This document shows positions 39,086 through 48,183 of a stretch of DNA of 64,000 nt, piece by piece. Below the pieces are notes generated by a model, which was not told the origin of the DNA, did no database searches, and worked only from the letters and a program-made list of their open reading frames with translations. Where the stretch lies: assembly GCA_028144365.1 (NCBI GenBank), contig JAOGAX010000003.1:2861-66860 (forward strand). The letters run 5' to 3'. The DNA comes from Aquiluna sp. Lineage in GTDB: Bacteria > Actinomycetota > Actinomycetes > Actinomycetales > Microbacteriaceae. The position numbers and the translations under genes were made by a program. Each line of letters begins with the position of its first letter. Positions within the stretch are counted from its first letter, which is position 1.

Positions 39086-39558
39086 CTGACTATTTTGCTC
39101 GGCATCAGCTGCCCAAAGAACAGCAAGGGATTCAGGTAGCCCCTTTGAACCCGAACAGACAGGTGCATGCACCCTTCGCAATGCTCTTTGTAGCCAGCCT
39201 CACCCTCGCATAAGTAGCCCACTAGCTCTCCCTGCTCAATCGGCTGTCCAGTAACGAGATCGCTGCAGACGGGCTCAAAGCTGATGCGATAGTCGTCCGA
39301 ACGAATTGTTACTACCCGCCTGTCAACCACTAGGTCGTTGAAACTCACGAACCCGGCTTGCGGAGCCCGAATACCCTCATCTCCCACGAGCACGTCAAGA
39401 CCTCTGTGACCGGGACCCCTCTCGGAGTGAGGAGCGATGTAGTTACCCATTTGTTTGTCCAGAAAGTAGGGGATGGGCTCGGCCCAGATTTCAGGGGCCG
39501 GCAGTGAGGAGGTGAAAAGGCCAAAGATGACCTTGATTGCAAGAGCGAATTTGAACAT
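39082..39558 (-). CDS. M23 family peptidase-like secreted protein
   Basis: Signal-like N-terminus, GHRGLD and CMHLSVR...YLNP; conserved position before rpsB. Confidence 0.8.
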   Translation of the reverse strand: MFKFALAIKVIFGLFTSSLPAPEIWAEPIPYFLDKQMGNYIAPHSERGPGHRGLDVLVGDEGIRAPQAGFVSFNDLVVDRRVVTIRSDDYRISFEPVCSDLVTGQPIEQGELVGYLCEGEAGYKEHCEGCMHLSVRVQRGYLNPLLFFGQLMPSKIVS

Positions 39559-39633
39559 CTGTCAATGCAATCCAAATGCTCTAAAGAGCGCTTGAGCAGA
39601 TAGAAATAAGTGGAAAAGCCCCTAAATCACGGG

Positions 39634-39794
39634 TATGCTTACACTCACACATCGATTCGGTGTGAATTCGCGTGTTCCAGCCAAATTCGCTAGCTCGGTC
39701 CCTTCGGGGTTCTAGGGAATTGGAATGCCAGGGAGATGGGCAACCGCTCATTTCAAGAAACTGAGGGGCGCATTTGCGTCCAAAGGAGTGCCTT
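39634..39794 (+). promoter_or_regulatory. rpsB promoter (TATGCT) and S2-leader-like structured 5' UTR
   Basis: Stem AATTC-CTAG...CTAG-GAATT capped by CCC-TTCG-GGG (39700-39709), reminiscent of the rpsB/t44 autoregulatory leader. Confidence 0.55.
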
Positions 39795-40829
39795 ATGGCA
39801 AGCGTAACAATGCGCCAGCTACTTGATGCTGGCGTCCACTTCGGTCACCAGACCCGCAGGTGGAACCCGAAGATGAAGCGTCACATTCTGACGGATCGTT
39901 CGGGCATCTACATCATCGATCTACAGCAGTCAGTCGACTACATCGACCAGGCCTACAACTTCGTTCGCGACCTTGTCGCAAACGGTGGCTCAATCATGTT
40001 CGTCGGAACCAAGAAGCAGGCCCAGGAGGCTATTGCCACTGAGGCACTGCGCGTGGGCCAGCCCTACATCAACCAGCGCTGGTTGGGTGGACTGCTAACT
40101 AACTTTTCAACCGTTGCCAAGCGAATTTCTCGCATGAAGGAGCTCGAGGCACTTGACTTCGAGGATCCAGCCAAGTCGGGCCTAACCAAGAAGGAACTGC
40201 TCATGCTCAAGCGTGAGAAGGACAAGCTTGAGAAGTCCCTGGGCGGTATTCGCAATGTCACCAAGACTCCAAGTGCGCTCTGGATTGTTGACACCAACAA
40301 GGAGCACCTCGCAGTTACCGAGGCAAAGAAGCTGGGCATCCCAGTAATCGCCATCCTCGACACCAACTGTGACCCGGACGACGTCGAGATCGGCATCCCC
40401 GGTAACGACGACGCAATCCGCTCCATCGAGCTTTTGACCAAGGTAATTGCCGACGCGGCAGCCGATGGCATGATTGCCCGCCACACCAAGACCGATGCTG
40501 AGGCAGAGCCACTAGCCGAGTGGGAGCGCGAGCTTCTAGAAGGCCAGAAGGAAGAGCCAAAGGCAGACGCTCCAGCAGCTGAGAAGGCAGCCGAGAAGGC
40601 TCCTGCCAAGGCTGCTGCAAAGCCTGCCGCAGAGAAGAAGGCCCCTGCAAAGAAGGCCCCAGCCAAGGCTCCTACTAAGCCGGCAGCCGAGAAGGCTCCT
40701 GCCAAGGCAGCTGCAAAGCCTGCCGAGAAGGCGCCGGCTAAGAAGCCAGCGGCAAAGCCTGCCGCAGAGAAGAAGGCCCCTGCAAAGAAGGCCCCAGCAA
40801 AGACTGCAGAGAAGAAGGACGAGAAGTAA
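39795..40829 (+). CDS. rpsB: 30S ribosomal protein S2 with Lys/Ala/Pro-rich tail
   Basis: [24 protein letters not shown] and PGNDDAIRS; ATG 39795 follows an AAGGAG SD. Confidence 0.98.
   Translation: MASVTMRQLLDAGVHFGHQTRRWNPKMKRHILTDRSGIYIIDLQQSVDYIDQAYNFVRDLVANGGSIMFVGTKKQAQEAIATEALRVGQPYINQRWLGGLLTNFSTVAKRISRMKELEALDFEDPAKSGLTKKELLMLKREKDKLEKSLGGIRNVTKTPSALWIVDTNKEHLAVTEAKKLGIPVIAILDTNCDPDDVEIGIPGNDDAIRSIELLTKVIADAAADGMIARHTKTDAEAEPLAEWERELLEGQKEEPKADAPAAEKAAEKAPAKAAAKPAAEKKAPAKKAPAKAPTKPAAEKAPAKAAAKPAEKAPAKKPAAKPAAEKKAPAKKAPAKTAEKKDEK
40586..40798 (+). repeat. Coding direct repeats in the S2 tail
   Basis: Identical 47-bp copies at 40617-40663 and 40752-40798. 44-bp copies with 1 mismatch at 40586-40629 and 40682-40725. 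Confidence 0.9.
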
Positions 40830-41657
40830 ATGGCTAACTACACCGCAGCAGACGTAAAGGCGCTTCGCGACAAGTCCGGCGCCGGAATGATGGACTGCAA
40901 GGGAGCTCTTGACGAGGCTGATGGCGACATCGAGAAGGCATTTGAGGTCCTTCGCCTCAAGGGACTCAAGGGAGTATCAAAGCGCGAGGGTCGCACCACC
41001 ACCAACGGCCTAGTTGTAGCGAGGGTCGCAGGTGGCAAGGGAACTCTTATTGAGCTTGCTTGCGAAACTGACTTCGTTGCAAAGGCCGAGAACTTCGTTG
41101 CCCTCGCCGAAGAGGTAGCGGATGCTGTTGTGGCATCTGGAGCTTCGGATGTTGAGTCTGCGCTTGCCGCTTCTCACGGCGGCGGAACCGTTGCAGATGC
41201 CATAACCGACAAGGCCGCGATCATGGGCGAGAAGGTCGAGCTGCGCAGGGTTGCAGTAGTTGAGGCCAGTGGCGTTGACGCATACCTGCACCGCACCAGC
41301 CGTGACCTACCACCTCAGGTTGGCGTCTTGCTAGGTTACGAAGGCTCGGACAGCGACACCGCGCACGACATCGCCGTGCACATAGCTGCCTTTAGCCCCC
41401 AGTACCTAACCCGTGACGATGTTCCAGCCGAAGTTGTTGCCAAGGAGCGCGAAATCGCCGAGGCGACCGCTCGCGATGAGGGCAAGCCAGAGGCTGCCCT
41501 GCCAAAGATCGTCGAGGGAAGAGTCAACGGCTTCTTCAAGGATACCTGCCTCTTCGATCAGGACTTTGCAAAGGACAACAAGCAGAGCGTAGGAAAGGTT
41601 GCTGAGGCAGCAGGCCTTAAGCTAACCGGCTTCGTGCGCTTCCGCGTTGGCGTCTAA
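40830..41657 (+). CDS. tsf: Elongation factor Ts
   Basis: LRDKSGAGMMDCK and CETDFVA motifs. Confidence 0.98.
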   Translation: MANYTAADVKALRDKSGAGMMDCKGALDEADGDIEKAFEVLRLKGLKGVSKREGRTTTNGLVVARVAGGKGTLIELACETDFVAKAENFVALAEEVADAVVASGASDVESALAASHGGGTVADAITDKAAIMGEKVELRRVAVVEASGVDAYLHRTSRDLPPQVGVLLGYEGSDSDTAHDIAVHIAAFSPQYLTRDDVPAEVVAKEREIAEATARDEGKPEAALPKIVEGRVNGFFKDTCLFDQDFAKDNKQSVGKVAEAAGLKLTGFVRFRVGV

Positions 41658-41674
41658 ATAAAGCAATTTAGGTT

Positions 41675-41710
41675 GTGGGCTCGGTGAATGCCGGGCCCAC
41701 TTCGCTTTTT
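41675..41710 (+). terminator. Intrinsic terminator after tsf
   Basis: Hairpin GTGGGCTCGGT-GAAT-GCCGGGCCCAC followed by TTCGCTTTTT. Confidence 0.8.
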
Positions 41711-41748
41711 CCGCTCTAGTATTGTCTTTGGCTGAATCTGGAGGTGCC

Positions 41749-42450
41749 ATGGCTAATAAAAAGCGCAGAGTACTGCTCAAAATCTCCGGAGAGGCTTTTG
41801 GTGGAGGGTCCCTGGGGGTAAACCCAGATGTGGTCTCCGAGATTGCCAAAGAGATTGCTAAGGCCTCCAAAGAGGTAGAGATCGCGATAGTCGTAGGCGG
41901 TGGCAACTTCTTCAGGGGAGCGGAGCTATCCAACCGAGGTATGGACCGCGGCAGGGCCGACTACATGGGAATGCTGGGCACAGTTATGAATGCCCTCGCC
42001 CTGCAAGACTTTATCGAGCAGGCCGGCGCTGACGTAAGAGTTCAGACGGCCATCTCAATGGCTCAGGTCGCCGAGCCCTACCTACCCCTTCGAGCCATCA
42101 GGCACCTCGAAAAGGGACGAATCGTAATCTTCGGAGCCGGAGCTGGGCTTCCTTATTTCTCCACCGACACCGTTGCAGCTCAGCGGGCGCTCGAGATTCA
42201 TGCGGATGAGGTACTTGTTGCCAAGAATGGTGTGGACGGTGTCTATTCGGCAGACCCCAAGAAGGACCCCGCAGCCAAGAAGCTCGGTGAGATCAGCTAC
42301 CAGGAGGCGCTGGTCCAGGGCCTTAAGGTCGTCGATGCAACTGCGTTCTCTTTGTGCATGGACAACAAGATGCCGATGCGAGTTTTTGGAATGGCCGACA
42401 TCACCAAGGCCCTGCTTGGCAAGGCAATTGGTACCAAGGTTCGGGCTTAG
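41749..42450 (+). CDS. pyrH: Uridylate kinase
   Basis: [17 protein letters not shown] and PYFSTDT; ATG 41749 follows GGAGG. Confidence 0.97.
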   Translation: MANKKRRVLLKISGEAFGGGSLGVNPDVVSEIAKEIAKASKEVEIAIVVGGGNFFRGAELSNRGMDRGRADYMGMLGTVMNALALQDFIEQAGADVRVQTAISMAQVAEPYLPLRAIRHLEKGRIVIFGAGAGLPYFSTDTVAAQRALEIHADEVLVAKNGVDGVYSADPKKDPAAKKLGEISYQEALVQGLKVVDATAFSLCMDNKMPMRVFGMADITKALLGKAIGTKVRA

Positions 42451-42465
42451 AAGGAGCAAAGCTAG

Positions 42466-43026
42466 ATGATTCAAGACGTGATGGCCGAGGCCAAGGACAA
42501 GATGGACAAGGCTCTCGAGGCCACAAAAGAAGACTTTGCCTCAGTACGAACGGGCAGGGCCAACCCCGCGATGTTCCAAAAGATCATGATCGAGTACTAC
42601 GGCACACCAACTCCGCTTTCGCAGCTTGCGGGCATTCAGAACCCAGAGGCCCGATCTATCCTCATTACTCCTTACGACAAGGCGGCTTTGGGAGATATCG
42701 AGAAGGCACTGCTAGCAATGCCAAACCTGGGTGCTCAACCAAACTCGGATGGCAATGTGATCCGCGTGAATCTTCCTGAGCTCACCGAGGATAGGCGCAA
42801 AGAATACGTCAAGCTAACCCGCGACAAGGCCGAGCAGGGCAGAGTCTCGGTTAGGAACATCAGGCGCAAAGCCAAGGAAGACCTTGAGGCCCTGAAGAAA
42901 GACGGAGCTGTAGGGGAGGACGAGGTCGAAAGAGCCGAAAAAGAGCTCGAGGCCGTCACCAAGGCTCATGTCGACAAGATTGACGAGGCCCTGAAGAACA
43001 AGGAAGCGGAGCTCCTAGAGGTCTAG
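42466..43026 (+). CDS. frr: Ribosome recycling factor
   Basis: [24 protein letters not shown] and VRNIRR motifs. Confidence 0.97.
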   Translation: MIQDVMAEAKDKMDKALEATKEDFASVRTGRANPAMFQKIMIEYYGTPTPLSQLAGIQNPEARSILITPYDKAALGDIEKALLAMPNLGAQPNSDGNVIRVNLPELTEDRRKEYVKLTRDKAEQGRVSVRNIRRKAKEDLEALKKDGAVGEDEVERAEKELEAVTKAHVDKIDEALKNKEAELLEV

Positions 43027-43848
43027 TTGGATAGCTCTAAAACCAGAACTTTAGGACCTAGGTTCGCCGTTGGCCTCAGCCTCGGCGGTGTATTTCTTCT
43101 CTCTCTGCTTCACCCATTCGCATTCACCTCTTTCGCGGCTATTTCAACGGCAATAGCGACCTTCGAGCTCGCGAGAGTACTGCGCCTGGCGGGTTGGCAT
43201 GTTCCAGCTGGAGCTGCACTGGCAGCTCCGACGATCGTTTACGCAACCTATTTCTATGGAACCCTCGGCCAGTGGTTCTCGCTACTGGGCTCGCTTGGGC
43301 TTTTAGTTCTCTGGAGACTTGTTTCGCTTTTGATCGTTGGTAAGCAGCAGAGTGCGAAACAGACACTGAGAGACTTCGGGGCAACCGGCTTCTCGCTGGT
43401 TTATGTGCCACTGCTTCTGAGCTATGCCGCTCTGCTCATAAATCGAGACGATGGCACGGCCTGGGTTTTGGGCATAGTACTGGCCGTTGTGATGATCGAT
43501 AGCTTTGGCTACCTAGTCGGCAGATTCTTTGGCAAGACCAAGCTGATCCCCAGTATCAGCCCGAAGAAGACCTGGGAGGGATTCCTGGCATCTGCATTGG
43601 GTGCCCTGCTCGGAGGGATAATTCTCGGGCAGTTAACAGCAACTTCACTTGGCTTTGCTTTACTGTTTGGCATAAGCATTCTGGTGAGTTCGGTTCTCGG
43701 GGATCTTTCGGAATCACTCATCAAAAGAGATCTGAATGTGAAGGACATGGGGGACGTTCTTCCGGGACACGGAGGGTTTATGGATCGCATCGACTCCCTC
43801 CTGCCCTCGGTCTTTGTCGCATACCTCCTAGCCCAAGTGGCCTTCTGA
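43027..43848 (+). CDS. cdsA: Phosphatidate cytidylyltransferase
   Basis: SPKKTWEG and GDLSESLIKR...KDMG..LPGHGGFMDRIDS motifs. Confidence 0.96.
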   Translation: MDSSKTRTLGPRFAVGLSLGGVFLLSLLHPFAFTSFAAISTAIATFELARVLRLAGWHVPAGAALAAPTIVYATYFYGTLGQWFSLLGSLGLLVLWRLVSLLIVGKQQSAKQTLRDFGATGFSLVYVPLLLSYAALLINRDDGTAWVLGIVLAVVMIDSFGYLVGRFFGKTKLIPSISPKKTWEGFLASALGALLGGIILGQLTATSLGFALLFGISILVSSVLGDLSESLIKRDLNVKDMGDVLPGHGGFMDRIDSLLPSVFVAYLLAQVAF

Positions 43849-44387
43849 TGGCTCTAGAGCGGGTTTCCAAGACGGTTCTGGGCTATGACTCGGAGCAGGT
43901 TGATGCCCTTCTTGACAGAGTTCGCAGGCAATACGAGAAACCAAAGAGCAGGTTCATCACCCCTGCGATGCTGGCCTCGGTGGAGTTCGACCTTGCGCCG
44001 GGTGGCTATCGCATCGACCAGACCGATGCTGCCTTGGCAGAGGTCGCGATTGAATTTGAACACCGCGAGCTCAAAGCCCGACTGGAACGGATTGGAACCA
44101 AGCGTTTTAGAGCCGAGACAAGAAGCCTGATCGGCACGATCGTCAAGGTTTTGAGCCAAGACGAGAAAAAGCAGTTCAGCCCGGCCAGAAACGGCTACCA
44201 CCCAAAGCGAGTGCGGGAAATCCTCATGAAGGTCAGTGTGCAGGACGGTCTGTTAAGCGCCCCAAGCCCCAGTGAACTCAAGACCGCACCGCTTGGAAGA
44301 AAGAACGGCGGGCCGGCCAGGTTTGAAGTAAACGAGTTTTTGGGCATTGTTGTTAGTGTCATCCAGCGCCAGGAGCTAGTGCGGTAA
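43848..44387 (+). CDS. DivIVA-domain-repeat protein
   Basis: Degenerate GY-x3-VD repeats (GYDSEQVD, GYRIDQTD, GYHPKRVR). Confidence 0.75.
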   Translation: MALERVSKTVLGYDSEQVDALLDRVRRQYEKPKSRFITPAMLASVEFDLAPGGYRIDQTDAALAEVAIEFEHRELKARLERIGTKRFRAETRSLIGTIVKVLSQDEKKQFSPARNGYHPKRVREILMKVSVQDGLLSAPSPSELKTAPLGRKNGGPARFEVNEFLGIVVSVIQRQELVR

Positions 44388-44425
44388 AGACCGTAAGCGA
44401 ATAGGCTTAAGTCTCTTGGAGGCAA

Positions 44426-45007
44426 ATGGCTAAGCACGCAAAGGTACCTAGAGGCCGAGGACGAGGTTTATTTGTCCTTGGCTACTTTTTCGTAGCCTCC
44501 CTGGTGATGGTCTCAGCCGTCGATCCCTACTCCGGAACGATAGCTTCTGCGAACTCGGTTGATACCTTCGACGAGCCACTGGTTACCTACCAGTCCCTCC
44601 AGTTAGTCCCGTTGAGCGCGGTTGATTATGGACGAGGCAGCTTCGAGGTCCTCACAGGTGAAAGAGCTCGTCCGATCACTGTCAAGCGCGCGCCAACTCC
44701 AGAGACCGGGAGCGTTAAGGGATTTGCTTTGAGCCAGGTCGAATCAAAGGGCTGGGATTATGACCAGTTCTCTTGCCTTGTAAAGCTGTGGGAGCGCGAG
44801 AGCAACTGGCGCTGGAATGCCACAAATAAGTCCTCCGGTGCCTACGGCATCCCGCAGTCGCTTCCAGCGACCAAAATGGCAAAGGCGGGAGCTGACTGGA
44901 GAACAAATCCTGAAACCCAGGTTCGCTGGGGCATTGGCTATATCGACGGCAGGTATGGATCGCCTTGTGCAGCCTTGGTGCACTCTGACGAGCACAACTG
45001 GTACTAA
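44426..45007 (+). CDS. Membrane-anchored lytic transglycosylase-domain protein
   Basis: N-terminal TM; LWERESNW, SGAYGIPQSLP and YIDGRYGSPC motifs. Confidence 0.9.
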   Translation: MAKHAKVPRGRGRGLFVLGYFFVASLVMVSAVDPYSGTIASANSVDTFDEPLVTYQSLQLVPLSAVDYGRGSFEVLTGERARPITVKRAPTPETGSVKGFALSQVESKGWDYDQFSCLVKLWERESNWRWNATNKSSGAYGIPQSLPATKMAKAGADWRTNPETQVRWGIGYIDGRYGSPCAALVHSDEHNWY

Positions 45008-45303
45008 TGGCTAGGGGCAAAAAACGTCGCGGAGCTCCAAAGCGCGAGTACGAAGAGCTTGATGTCACGAGACTGAGAATGTCCATCCCTCACACCGAGC
45101 AAAAGCGTGGGGGAGAGTTTCAAGTCCAGCAGACCATGGGCTCTAACGCCGAAGAGGGAAAGACCTGGATCTGTCCAGTTTGTGTGGTTCTCATAGAGCC
45201 AGGGGTTGTTCACACCGTGGCCTGGGATATCCACCGCGGGGTTCAATCCAGGCGCCACTTCCATAACCACTGCTGGAAGCTCTTTGATGGGATTCTTCCC
45301 TGA
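45007..45303 (+). CDS. Small conserved Cys/His (putative Zn-binding) protein
   Basis: WICPVC...HTVAW...RRHFHNHCW; 1-bp overlaps with both neighbours. Confidence 0.8.
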   Translation: MARGKKRRGAPKREYEELDVTRLRMSIPHTEQKRGGEFQVQQTMGSNAEEGKTWICPVCVVLIEPGVVHTVAWDIHRGVQSRRHFHNHCWKLFDGILP

Positions 45304-46007
45304 TGGAGATCACCTCAAACACTGTCCTTCCGGCAACGCGAGAAGACATCGAACTTCACACCGCAGATGGCCAGGTCCTGGTTGGCGAGCTGGCCCTTCC
45401 CGAGTCTGGAACCCCCACGGCAACGCTCATTACTTTGCATCCGCTTCCGACCCACGGCGGGTTTATGGACTCTCACGTCCTCCGCAAAGCCGCTAATCGC
45501 CTTCCTAAGCTTGCAAACCTTGCAGTTATTCGGTTCAACACCCGCGGCACATCATCGCCCAGAGGAGCCTCAACCGGCAGTTTCGACGGCGGTGTCCTAG
45601 AGCAGCACGATGTCGCGGCCGCAGTTGAATTTGCCAAGAGTCGAGGACTGACGAACCTATGGCTCGTTGGTTGGTCCTTTGGTACTGAGCTTGCGATCAA
45701 GTACGGACCAGACCATGAGATCTCAGGCGCAATCTTGCTCTCACCACCACTTCATAGAGCAACCGAAGCGGATCTCTTGCGATGGAATGAGTTTGCTAGA
45801 CCACTAATTGCCTTTGTGCCGGAGCTGGATGAGTTCCTGAAGCCAAAGGAGGCGGCCGAGCGATTCGCTCTAGTCCCGCATGCCAAGGTGCTGGCATTCG
45901 ACGGAGAAAAACATCTTTGGGTGGGGGAGAGTGCGACCAGAAGGGTGCTCAACCAGATTGTTCAAGAGGTGAACCCCTCGGTTGGAACTCTCCCTACAAG
46001 CTTTTAG
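45303..46007 (+). CDS. Alpha/beta hydrolase
   Basis: HPLPTHGGFMDS, nucleophile elbow GWSFG, and Asp/His (LDEF, KHLW). Confidence 0.9.
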   Translation: MEITSNTVLPATREDIELHTADGQVLVGELALPESGTPTATLITLHPLPTHGGFMDSHVLRKAANRLPKLANLAVIRFNTRGTSSPRGASTGSFDGGVLEQHDVAAAVEFAKSRGLTNLWLVGWSFGTELAIKYGPDHEISGAILLSPPLHRATEADLLRWNEFARPLIAFVPELDEFLKPKEAAERFALVPHAKVLAFDGEKHLWVGESATRRVLNQIVQEVNPSVGTLPTSF

Positions 46008-47056
46008 CGCAGCTGCTGGGTGGGCATCCAAACCTCGCGGATGATCAGCAGGATCGATGCGGCGACTGGAATAGCAATTAGCGCCCCGAGGATTCCCATC
46101 AGCGTTCCACCCATCAGGGCTGCAATCACAACTATGGAAGCCGGCACCGAAACAGCGCGCTTCATGACCCTTGGGCTAATCAGGTAGGCCTCGACCTGGA
46201 GGTAAACCAGGTAGTAGATAACTGCCAAGAGGGCATAGCTCGAGCCTGAGAGGTAACTCACACCAACGACCAGCAAGCCTGCCGATGCGGGACCAACCAG
46301 CGGAATGAGGGCCAGCAAGAAGGCAGCAAGGCTGAGAAGAAGTGAGTACTGAGAGCCAACAATTGTCAAAAAGATAAACAGAACGGTGGCGTGAAGCAGC
46401 GCCACTGAGGTTTGTCCCATAACCCAACGACCCACCGAGAGTGCGACCTGGTCAGTAAGTTTCTTGAACCGCTCACGCTTAGAGGCAGCGGTAAGTCTGG
46501 AGAGGTACTCCTTCATGGGCTCAAGCGACGCCATGAAGTAGATGCTCAGAATGACGACGATAATGAACCCGACCACACCACTTAGCACCCCAAAGCCAAC
46601 CTGCAACACGCCACCCAAAAGCGTTGGCCAGTTCGTCGTGTCAGTCAAGAATTCAAGTGCACCGTCAGCGGCTGCCGTGATGTTTCCACCAAGCTGAGCA
46701 TCCCAAGCGGAGATTAGGTCGTTAGAAACCACGTTTGTCACGATGGTTGGGATCCGATTAATTAGCTTTCCTGCTTCGGTCACAGCCGTTGGGATAATCG
46801 CCCAGAGCAAGAGAGCCACCGCGCCCAAGAAGCCCGCAATAACGATAATGACGGCAAGTGGCCTGGGAAGCTTCCACTTGGTTAGGGCCCGAACTATCGG
46901 ATCCATGCCAAGTGCAATAAAGAGGGCTATTCCGATGTAGGTGAGGATGGTTGCGGTTTGGGTAACCGCAGCACCGATAAGGATTGCCGTGAGCACGCCG
47001 AGTCCACCAACCAGGCCAACCTGGAAGGCATTTGTGACTCTCGCCCGCTGCTCCAT
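46004..47056 (-). CDS. AI-2E family transporter
   Basis: Multi-TM; IPLVG, QVEAYLISPRVM and GILGALIAIP motifs. Confidence 0.9.
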   Translation of the reverse strand: MEQRARVTNAFQVGLVGGLGVLTAILIGAAVTQTATILTYIGIALFIALGMDPIVRALTKWKLPRPLAVIIVIAGFLGAVALLLWAIIPTAVTEAGKLINRIPTIVTNVVSNDLISAWDAQLGGNITAAADGALEFLTDTTNWPTLLGGVLQVGFGVLSGVVGFIIVVILSIYFMASLEPMKEYLSRLTAASKRERFKKLTDQVALSVGRWVMGQTSVALLHATVLFIFLTIVGSQYSLLLSLAAFLLALIPLVGPASAGLLVVGVSYLSGSSYALLAVIYYLVYLQVEAYLISPRVMKRAVSVPASIVVIAALMGGTLMGILGALIAIPVAASILLIIREVWMPTQQLR

Positions 47057-47060
47057 CGCG

Positions 47061-48119
47061 CTATTCCTTTTCTAGGTCTGCAACCACGCTACGCAGGTTT
47101 TCCAGATAAGTCTTGCTTGACAGCACTTTGTTCTCAAGCTCGGCAAGCTCTGCCTTGGCATTTCTCACGAGTTCTGCCGCCTCAGCCTGGGCCTTAGAAC
47201 CGATTGCGACAGCTTCAAGCTCGGCGGACCTGACCAGTGCTTCGGCCTTCTCTCTGGCCTCTGTAAGCATGCGCGACTGTGTCTTTGAGGTCTCAAGTTC
47301 GAGCGTTTCGACCTCGAGCCTGAGGGTCTTGGTAGCCTGCTTCAGGTCTGTAATGTCCTTTTGGGCCGACTCGAGATACTTCTGAGTCTGCAGCACCGCC
47401 TCGTTGTGCTTTGCAAGGTAATCGGCCTCTGCCTCTTTCCTGCGCTGAGCAATCTGGGCCTCAAGTTCGGCCACCAACTTCTCCCGGACCTTGTCCTCTA
47501 CTGAAATATCTGAGCTAAGGAGGTACTCCTTGGAGGCAAACCTTGCCTCTAGCTCCTGCTGCCTTGCCTCGAGTTCTCGTTTCGCGGTGGTGCGCATAGC
47601 CGCAATCTCCGTGGCGACCTGGCCCCTTAGCCTGCCTGCCTCTAATTCAGCCGCACTAACAAGGGCAGTGGCACTGCGCTCTGCCTTTGCGATGAGCTGA
47701 TCGGCCTCAATGCTGGCCTCTGAGATGCGCCTAGCTGAGCGGCGCTCTGACGCATCTAGCTGTTCCTGATAGCGCCTCTCGACCTCTTCGGTCTTGGTGA
47801 GCAACTCAGCCTCGACGCTCTCGACGAGCTCCTGGGCCTCTTGCCGGGCCTTCTCACCGAGTTCAAGCGCAACCTGCTCGGCCGTGGAGAGAAGAGCGGA
47901 TGCCTTTGCCCCAAGGGCTGAGTAGCTGGGCTGAGTTCTTAGGCCAAGTTCCTGTTCGGTCTCCTGCAAACGCTGATTGAGCCTGAGCGTCTTGGCTTGA
48001 AGTTCGGCGTTTTGCTCCTTGAGCCTCACCAGCTCTGCGCTGAGGGCTTTGAGCTCGCGTTCGACAGGCTGAGGGTCATAGCCGCGACGGACAATCTCGA
48101 AGCGAGAATCTGCTGCCAA
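47061..48119 (-). CDS. Coiled-coil cytoskeletal protein with DivIVA-like head (FilP/Scy-like)
   Basis: N-terminal FEIVRRGYDPQPVE followed by an Ala/Glu-rich coiled coil. Confidence 0.75.
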   Translation of the reverse strand: MAADSRFEIVRRGYDPQPVERELKALSAELVRLKEQNAELQAKTLRLNQRLQETEQELGLRTQPSYSALGAKASALLSTAEQVALELGEKARQEAQELVESVEAELLTKTEEVERRYQEQLDASERRSARRISEASIEADQLIAKAERSATALVSAAELEAGRLRGQVATEIAAMRTTAKRELEARQQELEARFASKEYLLSSDISVEDKVREKLVAELEAQIAQRRKEAEADYLAKHNEAVLQTQKYLESAQKDITDLKQATKTLRLEVETLELETSKTQSRMLTEAREKAEALVRSAELEAVAIGSKAQAEAAELVRNAKAELAELENKVLSSKTYLENLRSVVADLEKE

Positions 48120-48183
48120 GAGATAACCCCCGATGTGCGACTAAACTTTTGCGAGCTAGCAAAGTCTACTCGGAGCTAATCAC

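Noticed and set aside
40586-40798. CRISPR-like repeat array
   Set aside because: The repeats are in-frame coding duplications with no unique spacers and no cas genes.
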